DNA from: Candidatus Iainarchaeum sp.
GTDB lineage: Archaea > Iainarchaeota > Iainarchaeia > Iainarchaeales > Iainarchaeaceae
Assembly: GCA_016202305.1 (NCBI GenBank)
Contig: JACQPB010000025.1
Coordinates: 1 to 60,727, forward strand
Direction of reading: 5' to 3'
DNA length: 60,727 bases
Part shown: piece after piece, positions 50,198-60,197 of the stretch
Layout of the letters: each line of letters starts with the position of its first letter
Position numbering within the stretch: position 1 is the first letter of the stretch
Made by a program: the position numbers and the translations under genes
Notes under the pieces: model-generated
Seen by the model: the letters and a program-made list of their open reading frames with translations, nothing else
What the model was told of the DNA's origin: nothing
Databases searched by the model: none

Positions 50198-53100
50198 TCA
50201 GTAGCCTTTCTTGCCCCTTGCTTTCCATTTGGACCCTGTGACATGCTTCGCGGCCTTGTCCTGTTTCGCTGCGCTTTCGGCTGCCGGCTGTTGGCCCATG
50301 CCTTTCGCCTGTGCCGCGGCTTGGGTCCTGTTTTCCTGTGTGACGGCCTGTGCGGCCTTTCCAGCTTCATGCGCGGGGCTCGTTTCGCCGCCGCTTTTCG
50401 GGTGCGCGTTGTCGTCGCCGTTGGCCGACCTGTATGCCGAGTATGCTATGAGGCCTATCACGATTACTATGAGGATGCCGAGTATTGCCGTGGATGCGTT
50501 CGCCAAATTGAAGAGGCCGGTGCCTATGCTGACCGCGCTTTCCGCCTTCGTTTCACCGGCCTTGGCTCCGTAGCTGAACGTGATGCTCCTGGTGTAAGTT
50601 CCCTGGTCCGTGGCGAAGGAGAGCGGGACAGTGGCCATTCCTGCGTTGGCGTCAGCGGGCATGTCTATGAGGGCCCTCCCTTTCACCGTGCCATGCGGCT
50701 CCACAGTCATTTTTTCGAGCTGGACGGTTCCATTGTAGTCAAGGATGCTGGCGCTGAAAATGTCAAGCGTCTTGTTGCTGTCGTTGTAGAGCGAGAACTG
50801 CACCGATGCGTCGTAGCTCGTGCCCGCTGCCCCTGTCGCGTTGATGTCAGCCACGCGTATGTCGGTTTTTTCCCTGCTGTATGACTGCTCGTTGCCTTTC
50901 ACCACGAGCTTGAGCTGCGCAACAGCCCTGAATCCGCGGTCCGTGGTGGCGGTGAATCCTATGAGCGTGGTCGAGGGCAGGTCGAAGGGCGGCGAGACGA
51001 AGTAGTCTATGTCGCGCTTTTCCCCCGGCGCAAGCTTCACTTTTCCGCCGACTATTGTGACGTATGGCTTGTCCGCCGTGACCGTTATTTCCTGTGCCGC
51101 GGCCCCGGAGTTGCGTATGGTAAGCGCCTGCTTTTTGCCCTGGCACGTGGCCGCGTCGAGCTCCGGCTCAGGCAGTATTATGTCCGTGCCGTAGCAGCTC
51201 GATGCCGAGAGGTAGTTTATGGCTTTTTCCTGCGAGATGCCCTGGCTCGGGGTTTCAGCCGTTACCGAGTATTTTCTGGCCGCGTTGTCTGGCGCTGTTG
51301 CCGTGAGTTGTACAGTCTTCTCCTCGCCCGCGTTCACTGAGACGCTTGTGGGGCCGCTGACCCATGCCGGTGCGTACTTGAGCGTGTACTGCTGCTGTTT
51401 CGCGCCGAGGTTCGCTATCCTCAGTGTGTCGGTTTTAGGCACTCCGGGGCACATGTTGAGTTCTGGCGCGGACATTGCCGTGTTGTAGCAGTCGAGGACG
51501 CTGACTGTGTAGTCTTTTTCGTACGAGAAGTGCTCTGATTCTACTTTGAGTGTGAATGTCCTCGCGCCGGCCTTTCCTGGCAGTATGTCCAGCTCCCTAG
51601 ATATTTCCCTCAGGACGCCTGAAAGCGCGTCAGCGTCTTTCGCGTCGAAGTACTTTCCGCCTGTCCTGTTCGCTATTTCCTGCAGCTCTTTCCTGCCCTG
51701 CAGGTCTATGTCGAACCCCACCGAGTAGGCCTTTATTCCTGCCTGCTGGAGCTCCTTCGCGGCCTGTGCCGTGTCGCCGCCGCAGGTTTCCTTGCCGTCG
51801 CTCACGAGTATTATGGCCTTTGCCTTGCCCTGCGCCGCATTGAAGTCGGCCTTGCCGGCCGCCGAAAGCGCCTCTGCCATGGGTGTTTTTCCGCTCGGCC
51901 TGAAGTCTAGCACCCTTGCGGTTATCGCGGGTATGTCGAGCCTCGCCACGGGGCTGAGCTGCCTCGAGGCTTCGCATTCGCTTCCCTGGCCGAATACCCT
52001 CATGCCGAAGTCCACGCTGCTTATGCTGTTCACGAGATTCACCGCGGCTTTCTTCGCTATGTCCATTTTCTGCTGGCCGCCTATTTTTTCCTCCATCGAG
52101 CCTGACGTGTCAATGAGGAGCTCCACCGCGAGCTCGCTCTGCGTGGCCTTCGCCTCTTTCGCGAGGCCCTTGACATCAAGAGTTGCAGTCACGCTCTTCC
52201 TTTCGCCGGGCTCTATCCTGAGTTTTGCGTTGTCGAGCGACGCGCCTATGCCGGTTATGCTGGCCGTAGCGTCGATTGCCTTTGTCTGGTCATTGTAAAC
52301 GGAAAACGTGTACGCCTGCTTTTCCTCCGTACAGAGAGATTCTTCGCCCTGTGTCTTGTCTACCCGCAGGTTGTAGCAGTCGCCGAGCTTCACGGCGAAT
52401 TCCCTTTCAACCGAGTAGTCGAACACCGTGCTCGTGGCCTTGAGCTTGAACTTGTAGGCCCCGGCCTTTTCCGATGTCGGCGCGAACTTCACTTTCACCA
52501 TTGCTTGCTTTCCCGCGTCGAGCGAGAGCCTGTCAGTGCCGAGGGACACGAATCCCGGGCCTTCAATCTTCAGCAGGAAGTTGTCCGAGAGCTTGCCCCT
52601 GTTCGAGAGCGCAATCGTTGCCTCGCCGGGGGTTTCGAGGCATGCTGCGTAAGCGCCTTCATGCATTTCGCCCTGCGGCGTGAAGGCCGTGTCCTGGCCC
52701 TGGCCTATGGTGTAGCGGCCGTTTTCCTCGTAGAAGAACGCCGGGTTGGGGAGCGAGGCCCTGACCTTGAAATCGTAAGAGCCGAATCCCGCGTCGCACG
52801 GCGCCCTCACCTTGAGCTTCACGTTGACCGGCTGGCCCTTCTGCACGACCAGCTGCCTCTGCTCGATGCTGTACCACGATTCCGGCAGGCCCGTGACTGC
52901 GAGGTCTATGCGCTCGGAGTTCTGGTTCGGCACTATCGTGCTGTTAGTGAGGAGGATGTCGTATGTTTTCTCTTCACATTGTGTCGCTTCCTGGCTTTTC
53001 CTCGGCATGATGACATTGACGAAGTGGCCCTGCGTGAGGTTGAGGCTGCATAGGCTCGTGGTGGTCTCTCCCTGGCTGCCCTTGAGCACGAGCTGCGCCG

Positions 53101-53395
53101 TGTATTGGCCGGGGTCGGCATAGCAGTTCGCGACTGCATACGCCCTCAGGCTTGTGCATTGGCCGGCTTCGAGGGAGAATGAATCAGGCACTGTGTTGAA
53201 CCATTCCGCGCGGTCAGAGTTGAAGTAGGTGCTGTACGACTGGCTGGCCTGCGTGTCATTGCATGCCGTGTATTCCGCCATCGAGAGCTGGCACTGCGTG
53301 GACGTGATGCTGCAATTGCCCGTCAGTTGCGACGCGTGCGAGAACTGCAGAAGTGCCAATAAGAGCACGCCAATGGCTGCAAGCTTCAGGTCCAT
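50198..53395 (-). CDS. Large cell-surface protein with vWA (MIDAS) domain and beta-sandwich repeats, C-terminal TM anchor
   Basis: 1065 aa. Signal 'LLLALLQFSHA', vWA 'LLIDTSGSMEEKIGGQQKMDIAKKAA...ILVSDGKETCGGD', C-terminal 'ILGILIVIVIGLIAYSAY' plus an ~80-aa tail. Confidence 0.7.
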   Translation of the reverse strand: MDLKLAAIGVLLLALLQFSHASQLTGNCSITSTQCQLSMAEYTACNDTQASQSYSTYFNSDRAEWFNTVPDSFSLEAGQCTSLRAYAVANCYADPGQYTAQLVLKGSQGETTTSLCSLNLTQGHFVNVIMPRKSQEATQCEEKTYDILLTNSTIVPNQNSERIDLAVTGLPESWYSIEQRQLVVQKGQPVNVKLKVRAPCDAGFGSYDFKVRASLPNPAFFYEENGRYTIGQGQDTAFTPQGEMHEGAYAACLETPGEATIALSNRGKLSDNFLLKIEGPGFVSLGTDRLSLDAGKQAMVKVKFAPTSEKAGAYKFKLKATSTVFDYSVEREFAVKLGDCYNLRVDKTQGEESLCTEEKQAYTFSVYNDQTKAIDATASITGIGASLDNAKLRIEPGERKSVTATLDVKGLAKEAKATQSELAVELLIDTSGSMEEKIGGQQKMDIAKKAAVNLVNSISSVDFGMRVFGQGSECEASRQLSPVARLDIPAITARVLDFRPSGKTPMAEALSAAGKADFNAAQGKAKAIILVSDGKETCGGDTAQAAKELQQAGIKAYSVGFDIDLQGRKELQEIANRTGGKYFDAKDADALSGVLREISRELDILPGKAGARTFTLKVESEHFSYEKDYTVSVLDCYNTAMSAPELNMCPGVPKTDTLRIANLGAKQQQYTLKYAPAWVSGPTSVSVNAGEEKTVQLTATAPDNAARKYSVTAETPSQGISQEKAINYLSASSCYGTDIILPEPELDAATCQGKKQALTIRNSGAAAQEITVTADKPYVTIVGGKVKLAPGEKRDIDYFVSPPFDLPSTTLIGFTATTDRGFRAVAQLKLVVKGNEQSYSREKTDIRVADINATGAAGTSYDASVQFSLYNDSNKTLDIFSASILDYNGTVQLEKMTVEPHGTVKGRALIDMPADANAGMATVPLSFATDQGTYTRSITFSYGAKAGETKAESAVSIGTGLFNLANASTAILGILIVIVIGLIAYSAYRSANGDDNAHPKSGGETSPAHEAGKAAQAVTQENRTQAAAQAKGMGQQPAAESAAKQDKAAKHVTGSKWKARGKKGY

Positions 53396-53450
53396 AACTT
53401 ATGTTTCCCCCTTCTTGATGCCCCTGCCTTGCCATGCCCGGAATGGGGAT

Positions 53451-55643
53451 TCACGGCAAAACACTGCTTGATTTATTACTGTTAAGCAGTGACACCAATA
53501 TTATTAGTGCCACTAGAACTATTATAAGGATAACTCCGAGCATTGCGGGGCCTCCACTCGAGAGGATGCCGAATGCGGTTCCGAGCATGCCATTGCCGTT
53601 TTCCCCTGTTCCGGCCCGTTCCTGCACTGCCTGGGCCTCGCTGCCTATCCTTACGGTTATGGGCTTCGTAGCTATATGGCCGTCCGCCTTCACTTCCAGG
53701 GTAGCGCTGTAGACCTTGTCCGTGATGCCCGGCGCGGCCTCTATTTCCCTCTTTATTTCCCTCGTTTCGAGGGGCGCGAGGCTCCCTATGGCCAGCGGGA
53801 AGAAGTATGCGTCGCTGCCCGTGCCATAGAGGCTTACCTTCACGTTCTCAATCCTCGCATTGGAGGTGTTCTTCACCGTGAATATGAGCAGCTTTTTCTC
53901 GCCCGGCAGGAGGCTTATCTCGCGCGGGTATCCCGTGACCTGCAGCATGCCTTCCCGCGCAACGCCTGCCTGCGCGCCGGCTTCCACTACCTTGAAATTC
54001 AGCTCCTGCGTCGCGTAGGAGATGCCTGCCGCGTTGAGGCGTATAGTGTAATTGCCTGTTGCGGCATCTATGCCGGGGTTGATGAATACATAGAGCTTTT
54101 TCTCGCTGCCAGCATTTATCTGGAGGGCCGTGTCGGAAAGCCTGGCCTCTACGCTCCGCGGCACTCCTGAAAGCGAGAATGCCAGCGTCTGGCTCCTCGT
54201 GGAGTTGTTTTTCACCATTACTTCGAAGACCTGGCCTTTCTGCGCGGAGCATGCGCGCGCGCCAAAGCTGTTGTTCGCGACAATCATTTCTATGTCGCGC
54301 TGCGCGTACACGATGGCCTGCGCTGTCGCCTGCGCCGTGGCGTCCGCGTTCCATGCGCTTACATTGAGCGTATGGGTGGCGCTCTTCGCGTCGGAAGGCG
54401 GCGACGCCGTGAGGGTTATCCTCTGCGTCGAGCGGGCCGTGAGGAGCAAATAATTTGCCGAAAGCCTCGTGGTTATGTTAGCGTCCGAGCTGAGCATCAC
54501 GTACGTGTCCTTGTCGGAATCGCTCTTGAGGTAAATGGTGTAAGTGGCTTCGCTGCCGGCGTTTATCTGCCTGGTGCGCGGCGCCACTTCTAGCGTGAAC
54601 GCTTCCCTGCACTTGTCCAGCCTTACCGCGACTGCGCTCTCGGATTTCCGGCCCTGGCTCTCGGCGAGAAAGCTCAGCGTGTACTCTCCGGGCTGGGTGC
54701 TCTCGTTCACGTGGAGCTTTACATTCATTTCAATGGCCTGGCCCGGGTAAAGTGTCGGGTTCGGGAATTCGACTTCAGGCAGGAGCGTGTCGTTGTATGC
54801 CGTGAGTCTTATTGCCTGTATCGCTCCTGAATTGTTTTCCAGCATGATGCGGATGTCCTGCCCATAAGGCTCGTTGCACACGAGGTAGGGGCTGGCCCTT
54901 GTGACTTTCAGCGGGAGCGCGGAGTCGGAAACCGTGGCCATTATCGGCTGGCGCAGCGTGCCGCTTCCATAATCGAGCGCGAGCTCCATGCCGTAGCGGC
55001 CCGCGAGCGCGTCCTTCTTCGCGCCTATCGTGAGCGAAAATTTGGTGCTCTGGCCTGCCGCGAGGCAGAAGCCCGATGGAGGCAGAATTGCCGTGAGCTC
55101 TTTCATTGCCTGGCTCCCCATGTTGGCTGAAGCCGTGAAGCATTCATTGCCTTTGCTGTTGTTGGCGACGCTGGCCTGCACGTTCACTGCCTGCCCTCTC
55201 TGCATTGTGACGCTGTCCGTGTCTACCGTCAGCCTTATTTGGCCGGGCTGCGGCGTGGCCTGCATTGAGGTTACATTGAACGAGCTTTCGGAATGCATGC
55301 CGGTAGGGCTGGTGGCGCGTATTGTCAGCGTGCTTGTGCCGTATTGGCCGGCCTGCATGCTGCAGCTGACGAAATAATTGCTTTCGAGGTAGCAGTCTGC
55401 TGTCCTGTTGTTGGACTGGGAAATTATAGCGAATGCGAACTGGCGGCCATTGTATGGGGCGTCGCTCGCGTAGCTGCTGAGGTCTATGAACCTGGCGTGC
55501 GTGCCTGAATCCTGGGGGAATGTAAAGTCAGGCATTCCCGAAAAATTAGGGGCGTAGGCAGCGTGCACGGCTCCGCCTGAGAAAATCATGAAGGCCACTG
55601 CCGCTATTGCCGTGAAGATTATGTTCTTGTGCATTGGGTTCAT
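53451..55643 (-). CDS. Cell-surface protein with cadherin/Ig-like repeats, C-terminal TM anchor
   Basis: 730 aa. Signal 'AVAFMIFSGGAVHA', N-terminal 'FSGMPDFTFPQDSG...IDLSSYASD', C-terminal 'MLGVILIIVLVALIILVSLL'. Confidence 0.6.
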   Translation of the reverse strand: MNPMHKNIIFTAIAAVAFMIFSGGAVHAAYAPNFSGMPDFTFPQDSGTHARFIDLSSYASDAPYNGRQFAFAIISQSNNRTADCYLESNYFVSCSMQAGQYGTSTLTIRATSPTGMHSESSFNVTSMQATPQPGQIRLTVDTDSVTMQRGQAVNVQASVANNSKGNECFTASANMGSQAMKELTAILPPSGFCLAAGQSTKFSLTIGAKKDALAGRYGMELALDYGSGTLRQPIMATVSDSALPLKVTRASPYLVCNEPYGQDIRIMLENNSGAIQAIRLTAYNDTLLPEVEFPNPTLYPGQAIEMNVKLHVNESTQPGEYTLSFLAESQGRKSESAVAVRLDKCREAFTLEVAPRTRQINAGSEATYTIYLKSDSDKDTYVMLSSDANITTRLSANYLLLTARSTQRITLTASPPSDAKSATHTLNVSAWNADATAQATAQAIVYAQRDIEMIVANNSFGARACSAQKGQVFEVMVKNNSTRSQTLAFSLSGVPRSVEARLSDTALQINAGSEKKLYVFINPGIDAATGNYTIRLNAAGISYATQELNFKVVEAGAQAGVAREGMLQVTGYPREISLLPGEKKLLIFTVKNTSNARIENVKVSLYGTGSDAYFFPLAIGSLAPLETREIKREIEAAPGITDKVYSATLEVKADGHIATKPITVRIGSEAQAVQERAGTGENGNGMLGTAFGILSSGGPAMLGVILIIVLVALIILVSLLNSNKSSSVLP

Positions 55644-55647
55644 CGCA

Positions 55648-56463
55648 TCACTCCTTTTTTCCGCTGTTCAGGAACCTGACGAGCCTCGCTATGAATGCTA
55701 TGAGGAGTATTGAAGCCGTGATTGCGAGCAGGGCGTCGAACACCATTTCCGCGTCGCCTTGCCTCGTGCCTGAGATGCCTCCGAGGCTGAGAAGCGCCGC
55801 GAGGTCAGTGCCGCCTGCTTTGTAGTCCATTCCGACTTTGCTGGTTATAGTGCTGCCATGGCAGCTGAATTCCAGCTCTGCGTCGCCCTTGAAGGCCACG
55901 TTGCCCTCAATCCTTGCCTTGAACTCCCTTTTCTCGAAAGGGCCGAGCGAGTATTCGCCTTTTTCCGCGAGCCTGATGCCTTCCGGCGCGCCTTTAACGC
56001 CAGTGAGGCTGATTGTCTTTTGCCTGTAGGATGTGTTTTCGAGCATGAGCGTGATGTCGCCGCCGCTTGCGGAAACCTGCCTTTCAATCGTGCAGGAGTC
56101 TTCCCTGTTGTAGAGTATTGCGAAGCTTTTTTCCGCGGTGCTGCCGCCGAGTTTCAGGGTTGCGCGGCCCGCGTATGTGGTGCCTTCGAAGCCTTTTTCA
56201 GGGTAAATCCTTGCGGTTATTTCCGCTTCGGAGTTCGCGTTCACGTAATCCGGCTTCTCCACGAATTCGAAATGAGTTGGCGCAGTGAAGTCTATGCTGA
56301 GGGGCTGTTTTACCGCGGTTTCGTTCTTTATCGTGAAAGTGAAGTCGTACGGCTTTTCGGCTATTGATATGGTGCCTTCGAAGCCCGTGACTGTGAATGC
56401 GCTGGCCGTGCTTGCCAGAAGCGCAAGTGCGATTGCGAAAAACCCAAGCCTCATTGTGTTCAC
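55648..56463 (-). CDS. Smaller surface protein, signal peptide + C-terminal TM anchor
   Basis: 271 aa. 'FFAIALALLASTASA' and 'LLAITASILLIAFIARLV'. 4-nt gap to the downstream gene. Confidence 0.55.
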   Translation of the reverse strand: MNTMRLGFFAIALALLASTASAFTVTGFEGTISIAEKPYDFTFTIKNETAVKQPLSIDFTAPTHFEFVEKPDYVNANSEAEITARIYPEKGFEGTTYAGRATLKLGGSTAEKSFAILYNREDSCTIERQVSASGGDITLMLENTSYRQKTISLTGVKGAPEGIRLAEKGEYSLGPFEKREFKARIEGNVAFKGDAELEFSCHGSTITSKVGMDYKAGGTDLAALLSLGGISGTRQGDAEMVFDALLAITASILLIAFIARLVRFLNSGKKE

Positions 56464-56538
56464 TTGTTAACTTGAAGTTGTTATCTTACATATTTGGTGC
56501 TATCTAGTATATAAATGTTACTTTGGCCGGTTAAATAG

Positions 56539-59262
56539 TTATTTCTTGCGTACTATTGAAATGATGCCGAGTATTGCCAATATTATGAGGATTATGAAGC
56601 CTACTGCCGTGCCAGCTGTAGTGGCGAGGCCCGCGAGGCCCTGTGCCGGTATTTCCACGCCTTGCGTTTCCTTGTCTGCGGCTGCCGTGAACTCTATGGG
56701 CAATGTCCTGGTGCCCTGTTTAGAGGATATCACTATGCTTGCCGTCACTTTTCCGTCATATGCCCCTGTCCTTGCCTCGAGCTCGAGGTCTTCGCCCTGC
56801 TTCCAGTATGACTTGCTCACTGACGCAACAGTGACGCCGTTAGGCAGCCCTGAAGCGTTGACAGTGACGTCGTCGAGGCCCTGCCCTATGTTGCCGAGCG
56901 TTATAGTGGCTCTGCCCGTGGCTTTAGCGGGCACGTTGCGGGCTATTACGCTCATGCCCTCTTCCTTCGCGGCGGGCTTAACCTCTATGGAGATGAACTT
57001 GGACTTGGAGGTGTCGTTTGCCGCTGCCTTGAACTCCATGCTGCCGCTGCCCTCGTTCCTCGCGGTTATTTCGATGGGCGCGTCCTTGCTCTCGCCGGCT
57101 CCTATGCAGAGCTGGCCGCTCGTGCTGCCCATGAATACGCCGCTTGTCGAGGCGCTCAGGCTGAAGCAGCCGTACTGGCCGTTGTTCCTTATCGTTGCCG
57201 TGACGTTCCTCTTGGCCCCTTTCTCAAGTGTAACGAAGCTGTCGGAAAGCGTGATGTCGAGGCTGCCTGCATTGCCTGTTCCTTGCTGTGCCGTGGTGTA
57301 GACGTACGCCGCTCCGCCGCTGCCGGAAATGCCTGCATTGAACGCTTTGCTAATCGAGCTTCCGGAGCAGCTGGCGCCGTTCGTGAAGTTTCCGTAGACG
57401 TAGACCGTCACAGGCCCGCTCGGGTTGATGCTGGGCGAGTACTGCGCGTCTATAATGACAGATGCAGCGGCGCTTCCGTATGCCGGTATCGTGGCCGGCT
57501 TGCTCTCTATACGCGCGTTGAAATAGGCGTTGCTTTCGTTCACCGACATCGAGGAGACATTGAACGGGATGCCACTGTTGTTAGTGAGCGTTATGGGCAG
57601 GCTTGTCCTGGCGTTCGGCTGCACCATGACGTCCTGCGCCGAAACGCTGATGCTGCCGCATGTCGTGTAATAGTAATTGTCGTAGCTGGGCGCGTTGTAG
57701 GCGGTGTACCCGGTGCCGTAGTATGTGTCGTCTATCCGTATGGTGAAGTCGGCCTGCCTCGTGTCATAATATCCGCATCCAGTGCCGCCGGTGAAATGCC
57801 CGCGCACCCTTACCGTGCCGTTCGCGTTGACGCTGTAAGGCACGCTGAAGCTCTGCACCCTGGCCCGTATGGCGGCCGATTGTCCGGGCCTCGCGACAGA
57901 GTCGGTGCCTTCGGAATAGAGAGTCACGAAAGTGCTGTTGTCCGAGAGGTCCACGCCGTCAATTATGAAGTCGCTGTAGCTGTCGTTGCGCACGTAGAAA
58001 GTCGCGCTCCTGCTCTCGTTCTCGCCCATGTACACCGAGCTCGCGGAAACGCTTATGCCCGAGCAGTACCCTGTGCCCTGCTGGAGCACATCCACGTCGA
58101 AGGATGTCGTGTCCGTGGCCCCTGCCCTGTCCCTGACCTGCACGGTTATCGTGTTGGTGCCGTAGTAGCCGTAATTAGGCGGCTCGCACTGCAGCATGCT
58201 GCCGTTGATGCCGCAGCGTATAGGCTGCGTATCGGACTGGCGCAGTATCGTGAAGCCGAGGTCGTAAATGCTGTCATCAGGGTCAGTGGCGAAGTTCAGG
58301 AGGTCTATCGCTGCAGGGGCATAGCCCTGGTTCTGCCTTGCCGTGATGTCCGGAATGCCAGAGAGCACAGGCGGCCGGTTGTATTGGTAAGGGTAATAGT
58401 TCGGGTAATACTCCGGATAATAGTCATTGAAGCGGGCCACGGGGTACGGAGTGGCCGGATAATAGGGGGTGAAGCTAGCGGGCGGAGCCAGCACCACGAG
58501 GCCGATGCCTGCAGTGCCGATGGCGCCTGAAGTGTCCCTTGCCTGCACCGTGAGCGTGTAAGTGTTCGTATAGTTGTGGCCCGAAGGCGCGTCGCAGGAG
58601 ATGTAGCGGCCGTTGTCAATGAAGCAGTACGGTCCCGTGACGACAGAAAGCGCCAGTTGTGCGTCGCTGTCCTGAATGTCGCTCACGTAGCTCCAGAGGT
58701 CAACGAGGTTCGTGCTCCTGCCCGAGTTCGCGGAAATGTAAATCGCGCCTATTGGGGTGAACGAAGGCGCGGTGTTGCCTGGCTGGGGCAAAGTGCCCTG
58801 CGAGGTTGTCTGCAATGGCACGTTTCCCGGGACGACATTGATTGTGACATAGCCGAGGTCGTAAGTGCCCGATGGCGTCTGCACATTGAGGGTGATTTGC
58901 TCCGTGCCGACTTTCTGAGGGTCGTCGCACACTATGATGTTGCCATGCGGCACGCCGCTGGATGGCTCGACAAAGAAGCGGCAGCTGATTACGCCGTTGC
59001 CTGTCTGGCCCATGCTGAACCTGAGCTGTGATTTGCTGCCGCTGTAAGTGACCGTGTCATCAAGCACTATGATGTGCGCATAGGCCGGGTGGCCGCCGGA
59101 TTTAGCGTTGACGCTCATTGTGACATTCTGGAGGTTCGTGAATATAGGTGTCGTGCTCTTGGTAAAACTTTCCAGGGCCGCCGTGGCCAAAGCAGGCAGC
59201 ATGAGCAGTGCGAAGGCCACAAATACAATGCCCAAGGTTTTCTGTTCCATCATCCCCACCAA
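56539..59262 (-). CDS. Large cell-surface protein with cadherin-like repeats and a Tyr-rich linker, C-terminal TM anchor
   Basis: 907 aa. Signal 'FALLMLPALATA', 'NRPPVLSGIPDITARQNQGYAPAAIDLLNFATDPDD', 'YYPEYYPNYYPYQYN', C-terminal 'VGFIILIILAILGIISIVRKK'. Confidence 0.6.
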   Translation of the reverse strand: MVGMMEQKTLGIVFVAFALLMLPALATAALESFTKSTTPIFTNLQNVTMSVNAKSGGHPAYAHIIVLDDTVTYSGSKSQLRFSMGQTGNGVISCRFFVEPSSGVPHGNIIVCDDPQKVGTEQITLNVQTPSGTYDLGYVTINVVPGNVPLQTTSQGTLPQPGNTAPSFTPIGAIYISANSGRSTNLVDLWSYVSDIQDSDAQLALSVVTGPYCFIDNGRYISCDAPSGHNYTNTYTLTVQARDTSGAIGTAGIGLVVLAPPASFTPYYPATPYPVARFNDYYPEYYPNYYPYQYNRPPVLSGIPDITARQNQGYAPAAIDLLNFATDPDDSIYDLGFTILRQSDTQPIRCGINGSMLQCEPPNYGYYGTNTITVQVRDRAGATDTTSFDVDVLQQGTGYCSGISVSASSVYMGENESRSATFYVRNDSYSDFIIDGVDLSDNSTFVTLYSEGTDSVARPGQSAAIRARVQSFSVPYSVNANGTVRVRGHFTGGTGCGYYDTRQADFTIRIDDTYYGTGYTAYNAPSYDNYYYTTCGSISVSAQDVMVQPNARTSLPITLTNNSGIPFNVSSMSVNESNAYFNARIESKPATIPAYGSAAASVIIDAQYSPSINPSGPVTVYVYGNFTNGASCSGSSISKAFNAGISGSGGAAYVYTTAQQGTGNAGSLDITLSDSFVTLEKGAKRNVTATIRNNGQYGCFSLSASTSGVFMGSTSGQLCIGAGESKDAPIEITARNEGSGSMEFKAAANDTSKSKFISIEVKPAAKEEGMSVIARNVPAKATGRATITLGNIGQGLDDVTVNASGLPNGVTVASVSKSYWKQGEDLELEARTGAYDGKVTASIVISSKQGTRTLPIEFTAAADKETQGVEIPAQGLAGLATTAGTAVGFIILIILAILGIISIVRKK

Positions 59263-59402
59263 AATTAATTTGTTACTATTAAGTAGTGACTACTTAGGTA
59301 TTTAAATGTTTGTTTTGGTTAGGAAAACTGTATTAAGGGGTTTAGGTGCATATAGTATAGCGAACAGAAATCACTGGGGCGGTTGTTTTGGTTGATGAAA
59401 CT

Positions 59403-60197
59403 ATGAGAATGGGTTTGGGTGCTTCCGAGTCAAAAATCCTCTCGGACTTGGCAGCCGAAGGAAAGACCGTTTTCTTGATTGAAGAACTTGCCGAAAAAAC
59501 AAGTTCAAAGGCGATGGCGAGAAAAATAGCCAGCACCCTTGCAAAAAAGAAGTGGATAGAGCGCCTGACCAAAGGGATTTACATGATACTGGAGCTTGCG
59601 GCCGGGAGCAGCCCGAAATGGTCTGAAGATTCGTTCTACATTGCCTCGAAACTGGCAAAGCCATATTACATTGGCTACCTCTCAATGCTCAACTATTATG
59701 GATGGACAGAGCAGCTGCCCGTTACCGTCATGGTGGCGACAACAAAGGCTACGAGAAACAAGAAAATCCTCGGCGTGAACTACGAGTTTGTCGTGCTCTC
59801 CAAAAAAAAGTTTTTCGGGTACAAGGAACTGAACATAAGAGGCCACACAATCATGGTTTCGGACCCTGAAAAAACTATTGTTGACGCGCTCGACAATCCC
59901 AAGTATTGCGGTGGCATTGACGAGTTAGCAAAGGCTGTAGCCAATGCTAAAATAGACTGGCGCAAAGCAATAGAATACGCTGGCAAAATCGGGAATGGCG
60001 CAGTGTTCAAGAGGATGGGCTTCTTAATAGAAAAAATGGGCGTTCCGGTGCCAGAGGAAACCGTTGAAGCAATCAGGGAAAAAATAACGAAAGGCTATGC
60101 CCCGCTCTACCCCGGTGCAGGACCAGAAGGTAAGTATGACACGAGATGGAACATAATAGTAAACTCCAGATTCTCCAAAGAAAGGGTGATTGCATGA
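59403..60197 (+). CDS. AbiEi-family antitoxin / transcriptional regulator
   Basis: wHTH 'SESKILSDLAAEGKTVFLIEELAEKT' and 'LTKGIYMI', plus a C-terminal AbiEi-like domain 'PYYIGYLSMLNYYGWTEQ'. Track start is TTG 59388. Confidence 0.65.
   Translation: MRMGLGASESKILSDLAAEGKTVFLIEELAEKTSSKAMARKIASTLAKKKWIERLTKGIYMILELAAGSSPKWSEDSFYIASKLAKPYYIGYLSMLNYYGWTEQLPVTVMVATTKATRNKKILGVNYEFVVLSKKKFFGYKELNIRGHTIMVSDPEKTIVDALDNPKYCGGIDELAKAVANAKIDWRKAIEYAGKIGNGAVFKRMGFLIEKMGVPVPEETVEAIREKITKGYAPLYPGAGPEGKYDTRWNIIVNSRFSKERVIA

Noticed and set aside
57283-58530. 415-aa plus-strand ORF antisense to the 907-aa surface protein gene. Similar antisense ORFs occur in 50.2-56.4 kb and 15.1-17.1 kb.
   Set aside because: Arg/Ala/Val-rich shadow frames with no motifs. 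The opposite strand encodes proteins with signal peptides, repeats and anchors.
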